Source: an uncultured delta proteobacterium (lineage in GTDB: Bacteria > Desulfobacterota > Zymogenia > Zymogenales > Zymogenaceae). Taken from it: DNA of 64,000 nt. The stretch is taken from the NCBI GenBank assembly GCA_963792965.1, contig CAWBYW010000018.1:32001-96000 (forward strand). The letters run 5' to 3'. Below, in pieces: positions 58,397 through 64,000 of this stretch (its first letter is position 1; every line of letters begins with the position of its first letter). The translations under genes were made by a program, and so were the position numbers. The notes under the pieces are model-generated. The model was not told where the DNA came from. It saw only the letters and a list, made by a program, of their open reading frames with translations, and made no database searches.

Positions 58397-59606
58397 CGGC
58401 GTTAGGCTCGTGGACTTCCCCTATCCGTATCGGGCCATGCTCGCCCTTGGCAGCGACATCGACGCCACGTCGTGGGACGATTTTTGCGCCATACACGACG
58501 AGCTGGGGCGCCTCGGCCTCCCGTTGGCCGACTCGATGTTCGCCTACCAGATGCCCGGGGCCCAGGAGTATACCTTTTCATACCTGAGCTACCCGTCGCT
58601 TTCTCCCACGCCGCACGCAGGACCCCTCAGGGAGATGATACGAAAAGGGGAGATCGACACGCTCCATGCCCTCGGCAACCACTCGGGAGTTGGAGGCGTC
58701 GACCGTGTGACGATCCGCACGGCGGCGCGCCTCCTGATGGAGGACGGGCTGCACTTCCCGATCTGGACCAACCACGGGGACGATAAGAATCTTCAGAATA
58801 TCCGCGCCGGCTCGGGTGACGACTCCGGCTCCGCCGCCTATATCGCCGACCTCCTTCCGGGGCTCGGCGTCACCTTCCTCTGGCTCGGCGACCTTACGCC
58901 TTTCGTGGGTCAGAACAGAAGGCTGGGCCTCTGGGACACCTATCTAAATAAGCGGCTTCACCCCTCGGTCTTCTCACGAATGACCGGCCCTATAAGATAC
59001 CTCGCCAAATGGATCATCACGCGCGCCGATCCGCTCGATCAGTCGGTCAACAACCTGATCTACCCGGTCTTGCTTGCCGACGGTCGGCCCTACTGGGCAT
59101 TCCGACGCTTCGGGACGTGGGACGGGGCACACCGCGACGACCTCGGCCTGATCCTCTCTGAAGATCATCTCGAAAGGCTGTGCAAAACGGGAGGATACAT
59201 GATAGTCTATATTCACCTCGGGAAGAAGAGGCGCACGGGACGACCTCTCTTTACGGAAGGAGAAAAGGCAGCGCTTGAAAGGCTCGCCCGATATTTTCAA
59301 GATAAGAAGATCCTCGTCACCACCACCGCACGGCTCCTCTCCTATCACCTCGTCCGGCGGGGCCTCTCCTTTTCGGTGAGGACCCACGATAATCAGCGGA
59401 CGATAGTGCTTACCGGCATCCGGGACGAGGTCAACGGCGACAGGATCGCCGAACCGGGCCATCTGGCGGGGATTACCTTTTTTACCCCGCACGCGTCCCG
59501 CACCGTCATCAAAACGGAAGAAACGCACGTCGTGCATACCGTCTTTGAGAAAGACAAAAGGGACGCGGGATTTATAGGCGTGCCCTGGGAGGGCATTGAT
59601 GAGTGA
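58389..59606 (+). CDS. Hypothetical protein, polysaccharide-deacetylase-like fold
   Basis: FPYPY...SDID, IDTLH, WTNHG and YIHLG metal-binding-like motifs. Confidence 0.55.
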   Translation: MHSGVRLVDFPYPYRAMLALGSDIDATSWDDFCAIHDELGRLGLPLADSMFAYQMPGAQEYTFSYLSYPSLSPTPHAGPLREMIRKGEIDTLHALGNHSGVGGVDRVTIRTAARLLMEDGLHFPIWTNHGDDKNLQNIRAGSGDDSGSAAYIADLLPGLGVTFLWLGDLTPFVGQNRRLGLWDTYLNKRLHPSVFSRMTGPIRYLAKWIITRADPLDQSVNNLIYPVLLADGRPYWAFRRFGTWDGAHRDDLGLILSEDHLERLCKTGGYMIVYIHLGKKRRTGRPLFTEGEKAALERLARYFQDKKILVTTTARLLSYHLVRRGLSFSVRTHDNQRTIVLTGIRDEVNGDRIAEPGHLAGITFFTPHASRTVIKTEETHVVHTVFEKDKRDAGFIGVPWEGIDE

Positions 59607-60396
59607 GAAGAGAAAGGCGGCCGACGGCCCGCACGGTATCGTCAAAGACTACTGGCAGAAGCGATACGAGCGGAAATTTTCCATCGGGTCCAGCGGCCAC
59701 ATCTCCTTTAACGAGAAATATAATTCCTACGTCTACCGGGCCTACGAGCGGGCGCTCCGCACAGCCCTTACCCGATACGGCGGCGCCCGGCCCGGGCGCG
59801 TCTTCGACGTCGGCTCCGGAACCGGCTACTGGGTGGCGTTCTACGAAAAACTGGGGGCGTCCGAAATCTTCGGGGTCGACCTTACCGAAATCAGCGTCGA
59901 GCGCCTCAGGAAGCTCTATCCGCGTCACACCTTCGCGCTTGCCGACATCGGCTCGGCGGGCTTCGTCCCGGACGACCGCTACGACATCGTCAATTGTTTT
60001 GACGTCCTCTACTATATCATCGACGAAAGCGCCTTCAGGACGGCCCTTTCAAACCTGTCACGGGCGCTGACGGAAGACGGTATCATGTTCATTACCGACA
60101 AATTCGTGGACGAAAAGCCGACGCGCCCCCCGTTCTACTTTCTCTTTCGGGATACGACACGATATCAGGAGGCGTTGCGTGATGCGGGCCTCGTCTGCGT
60201 CGACATCATACCCGTGAACTATCTCCTTAAAAAACCGATACCGTTTCCGGCCGCCTACTCCTTCGTGAAATGGCAGCTCTCTAAGCTCCATGTAGACCTC
60301 GAGGGGCTCATAGGGGCGCTCCTCTATCGTATCGATCCGCTCTTTATGGACCCTCATACGTCGGAGATCAAGTTGATGGTGGTGCGCCACCGGTGA
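59599..60396 (+). CDS. Class I SAM-dependent methyltransferase
   Basis: FDVGSGTG, GVD, DVLYYI. Confidence 0.85.
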   Translation: MSEKRKAADGPHGIVKDYWQKRYERKFSIGSSGHISFNEKYNSYVYRAYERALRTALTRYGGARPGRVFDVGSGTGYWVAFYEKLGASEIFGVDLTEISVERLRKLYPRHTFALADIGSAGFVPDDRYDIVNCFDVLYYIIDESAFRTALSNLSRALTEDGIMFITDKFVDEKPTRPPFYFLFRDTTRYQEALRDAGLVCVDIIPVNYLLKKPIPFPAAYSFVKWQLSKLHVDLEGLIGALLYRIDPLFMDPHTSEIKLMVVRHR

Positions 60397-60463
60397 CCGG
60401 GACCGCGGACACCGGACCGGCCCATCTCTTTCGGGATGAGTGCCCAAACGGGGTTATGAGCAG

Positions 60464-61987
60464 ATGACCGAACGACACGTCCCCATGGACCGTGAGCTTT
60501 CAGGAAAGATGGCCCATTCCCTGTTCTGGGTGGGGATCAGCTCCCTCTTTTCGCGGTCGTTCACGATGCTGACCACGCTGGTCCTGGCGGGGATCCTCTC
60601 CCCGGACGCCTTTGGGGTCATCTCCTTGGCAAACCTCATCACGGCGGCGCTCGGGCTCTTCCGCGACTTCGGGTTGAGCCAGGCCATCATCTATCAGAAA
60701 AAGAAGGTCGGCCAGGCGGCCGACACCGCCATGCTCCTCTCGGTGTCGGTGAGCGTAGTCTTGTTCCTGATCGGGTTTCTGATCGCGAAACCCGCGGCCG
60801 ATTTCTTTCGCAACCCGGCGGTCGAAGACGTGGTGCGGGTGCTCCCCTTTTCGCTGGTCATCACCGCTTTTTCGACGATCCCCGCGTCCTTGCTCGAAAA
60901 GGAGATGGTTTTCAAGAGACGGGCGCTGCCGGAGATCCTCTCGTTTGCCACCTACTTTGTCGTCTCCGTGACCCTGGCCCGGCTCGGATTCTCATACTGG
61001 AGCATCATCTTCGGATATATGGCCCTCTGTATTGTCGGCCTCGTGGCCACGTTCGCCGTTTCCCCGTGGCACCCCTCGCTCAGATTTCACCTCTCCGTCC
61101 TGCGGGAGATGGTCGGGTTCGGCTCATATGCCATGTTCAGCACGATCACGGTCTTCATCATCCGCAATGTCGACAGCTTCAGCGTCGGGCGTATCCTCGG
61201 CACGACACCGCTCGGGTTCTATGACCTTGCCTACCGCATCGGCAATGTCACGACTACGCAGATCACCCACGTGGTCGGCAAGGTGGCCTTCCCCGCGTAT
61301 GTGAAGATGGGCCGGGATATCGAGATTGTTCGTGGCGCCTACCTCAAGGCCTACCGGTGGCTCTCGCTTGTGACGATTCCGGTCACGTGCGGGATCATCA
61401 CCTTTGTCCCCTCTTTTCTCCACGTCTTTTACGGCAACAAATGGGACGAGGCGATCGTTGCCGCGCAGGTTATCGCGCTCTACGGCCTCACCCGGGGGCT
61501 CTTCTCCCACGCGGGCGGGGTCTTCATGTCGTTCGGCAGGGTCAACGAGCTCTTCCTGATCACCCTCGGGCAGCTTGTCGTCCTGGCTGTCGCCATCTAT
61601 CCCGTCGTCGCTCATTTTCAGCTCGTCGGGCTTGCCGCGCTGCTGGCTGTCCTCAATTTCTTCACGGTTATCGTTGCCGCCGTGCGAATCAATATCTTCC
61701 TCCCGCGGACCATCGGTCGGTATCTCACAATTTCATTCCCCCACCTTGTCGTGGCTCTGGTGACAATTCCCCTTCCGGCCCTGCTCTGGTCCCGGTTTGT
61801 GGGCGATATCGGTCTCCTTTCGCTCATTGGGCTGATTGTCTGTTGTAGTGTTCTCTACGCGGCCGTGACGATCAACAGGGAACGGGGAATAATCGGAGAA
61901 ATAAAGGGGTGGCTCTCGGCGCTGAGAAGCTCCGGCGGCGGACCGGCAATGCCCGGAGGGGACGGCGACTATCTGCGCGACCGATGA
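60464..61987 (+). CDS. wzx: Wzx (WzxC-like) polysaccharide flippase
   Basis: LSPDAFG, DFGLSQAII, LGFY..AY, V.FPAY, G.KW; about 12-14 TM segments. Confidence 0.85.
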   Translation: MTERHVPMDRELSGKMAHSLFWVGISSLFSRSFTMLTTLVLAGILSPDAFGVISLANLITAALGLFRDFGLSQAIIYQKKKVGQAADTAMLLSVSVSVVLFLIGFLIAKPAADFFRNPAVEDVVRVLPFSLVITAFSTIPASLLEKEMVFKRRALPEILSFATYFVVSVTLARLGFSYWSIIFGYMALCIVGLVATFAVSPWHPSLRFHLSVLREMVGFGSYAMFSTITVFIIRNVDSFSVGRILGTTPLGFYDLAYRIGNVTTTQITHVVGKVAFPAYVKMGRDIEIVRGAYLKAYRWLSLVTIPVTCGIITFVPSFLHVFYGNKWDEAIVAAQVIALYGLTRGLFSHAGGVFMSFGRVNELFLITLGQLVVLAVAIYPVVAHFQLVGLAALLAVLNFFTVIVAAVRINIFLPRTIGRYLTISFPHLVVALVTIPLPALLWSRFVGDIGLLSLIGLIVCCSVLYAAVTINRERGIIGEIKGWLSALRSSGGGPAMPGGDGDYLRDR

Positions 61988-62029
61988 CTCGGACGCCATG
62001 GAATCCCGGCCTCAGGTCCCGCCGGCTTA

Positions 62030-62058
62030 TTGACCTTTCATCGTTTTTCGTATAGAAT
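62030..62058 (+). promoter_or_regulatory. sigma70 promoter
   Basis: TTGACC-17 bp-TAGAAT; supports a start at 62099. Confidence 0.65.
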
Positions 62059-62098
62059 CGCGGACGTAGGCTCTCAGAGCCGACCCGAGGAATCGACC

Positions 62099-64000
62099 AT
62101 GACCAGTCCAACGAGGGTGTTGCTGATAGAGGACAACCGCTTGGACCAGCGTCTCATTGGGGATATGCTCTCCGAGGCACAGGCGCATGCGTTTGAGATA
62201 ACCTTTGCCGGAACCCTTACCGAGGGCCTGGAAAAGCTCGACGACGGCAGTATTGATATCATTCTGTTGGACCTGAACCTGCCGGACAGCGAGGGGCTCA
62301 CGACCCTCCACACCGTCGTCTCTCGTCATCCTTTTGCCCCCATCGTGATCTGCTCGGCGACCACCGATGAAGAGACCGCGGCCCTAGCCGTCGAGGAAGG
62401 GGCCCAGGACTACCTGATCAAAGGGAGAATCGATCCGGATCGGCTCGTCCGCGCGATTCGATACGCCGCGCTGCGAAAAAGAGGCCGAGGACTCCCTGAG
62501 AGCGGCCCACGACGAGCTGGAAAAACGGGTCCTTGAGCGGACGGCCGATCTGGCCGAGATAAACGAGCGGCTGAGAAAGGAGATCGAGGAGCGAACGAGG
62601 GCCGAAATCGCCCTCAGGGAATCGGAAAAGAAATGGAGAAACCTCTTCGAAACTTCGGCCGACGCTATCCTCATCACCGACGTCGACGGAATCGCCGTAG
62701 AGGTAAATCACGCCGCACTCGAGCTGCTGGGCCTCATATCGGGACAAGTCAAGGGCCTCGGGATGGAAGATATTATCGCGAGTCCGGAGGATAGCATGTC
62801 ACTGTTGAGCAAGGTCCGACGCAGCGGGTTCGTCAAGGACCGCGAGATCACGCTCGTGCGCCCCGACGGCTCGAAGGTCGACTGTCTTATCTCGGCAAAC
62901 CTCATCAAGGACGCCAAAGGTGCCACGGTCGGCTACGAGGCGATCATCAAAGACATAACCGAGAGGAAAAGGTTCGTCGATAAGACCCTGGACAGTGTCA
63001 CCGACGGGGTCTTCATCATCGATGCGAAGCACCGCATCACCTACTTCAACGCGGCCGCCCAGAAGATCCTCGATATCCCCCGGAAGAGCGCCCTCAGGAA
63101 ACATGCATGGGAAGTCGTCTACGGGGGCCAAAGGAAGGAATCTCTGCTCTTGCGGGCGTGCGAGGATAGTCTCGATATCATTGACCGGGAGGAAGAGTTC
63201 GTCACTCCCAAAGGAATGCGCGTGCCCGTCTCGTTGTCTATCGCCTCCCTTTCGGATAAGACGGGAAAACACCTCGGCTGCGTGGTGACCTTTCGCGACC
63301 GGTCGACTATCGTCGAACTCCAGAAAGAGATTGACCAGAAATATACCTACCAGGACATCGTGAGCAAGAATAGAAGGATACGGGAGATCTTCGACATCCT
63401 CCCCTCGATAGCGGAGAGCGACAGCACCGTCCTCATCGAAGGGAGGAGCGGAACCGGCAAGGAGCTTTTCGCCCGCGCCATCCATGATCTCTCTCCGCGC
63501 GCGAGCGGCCCGTTCGTCGCCGTCAATTGCGCCGCCCTGCCGGATACGCTCCTTGAGTCAGAGCTCTTCGGCTACGTAAAGGGAGCCTTTACCAACGCCG
63601 TCAAGGATAAGCCCGGCCGTTTCGCGCTGGCCGAGGCGGGAACGATCCTGCTGGATGAGATCGGCGACCTCGACAAAGCCCTGCAGGTCAAGCTCCTGCG
63701 CGTCCTGGAGCAGCGGGAGTATGAGCCCCTCGGATCGATTGTTCCGGTCAAATCGAATGTTCGAGTGATCGCCTCCACCAATCGGGATCTGACGATGGAG
63801 GTGGAGCTGAGCAACTTCCGCGAAGATCTCTTTTACCGCATCAACGTGGTCAGGATTACCCTTCCCGAGCTCCGGGAGCGGCGCGAAGACATCCCGTTGC
63901 TCGTGAGGCATTTCGTCAAGAAGCTGTCGCTCAAAATGGGAAAGGCGGTCCCCACCGTCTCGGACGAGGTGCTGGATGTGCTGATGGGACACGACTATCC
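62099..64000 (+). CDS. REC-PAS-PAS-sigma54 AAA+ activator (frameshift near 62480; runs off the window)
   Basis: REC (LLIED, LLDLNLP, DYLIK), coiled coil, two PAS domains, [34 protein letters not shown]. Confidence 0.88.

Overview
GC-rich (roughly 60%) bacterial chromosome segment. Gene content suggests an anaerobic Desulfobacterota/deltaproteobacterial lineage (inference). About a dozen single-base frameshifts in otherwise intact genes point to long-read indel errors. From left to right: a zinc-ribbon protein, a GAF-GGDEF diguanylate cyclase, a URO-D-family enzyme, tandem Gly-rich membrane paralogs, hpt, an AlgI-like MBOAT plus SGNH O-acetylation pair, and an oppABC operon with a stand-alone MshEN-like gene inserted between the permeases. 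Next come an RsmG-TrmH fusion, an RluA-family gene and a TetR regulator with two operators. An accessory zone (18.4-24.0 kb) holds a low-GC Panacea (DUF4065) antitoxin and an unknown toxin-like gene hit by an intact IS481, behind an IS1595 remnant. It also holds a Zn-finger plus DUF3987 cassette bracketed by direct repeats and iteron-like palindromes, and several palindromic repeat families. Then follow a five-gene sigma54 signalling cascade and a hoxFUYHW group 3d [NiFe]-hydrogenase operon whose promoters share a duplicated enhancer, an outer-membrane protein, an inverse autotransporter with a beta-helix passenger, and hypE. The window ends with a roughly 20-kb surface-glycan cluster (WecA-like, two DegT aminotransferases, PIG-L deacetylase, WbqC, twitch radical SAM, methyltransferases, GT2/GT4/GT9/GT-C, GNAT, Wzx) and a partial REC-PAS-PAS-sigma54 activator. 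I saw no rRNA, tRNA or CRISPR array.
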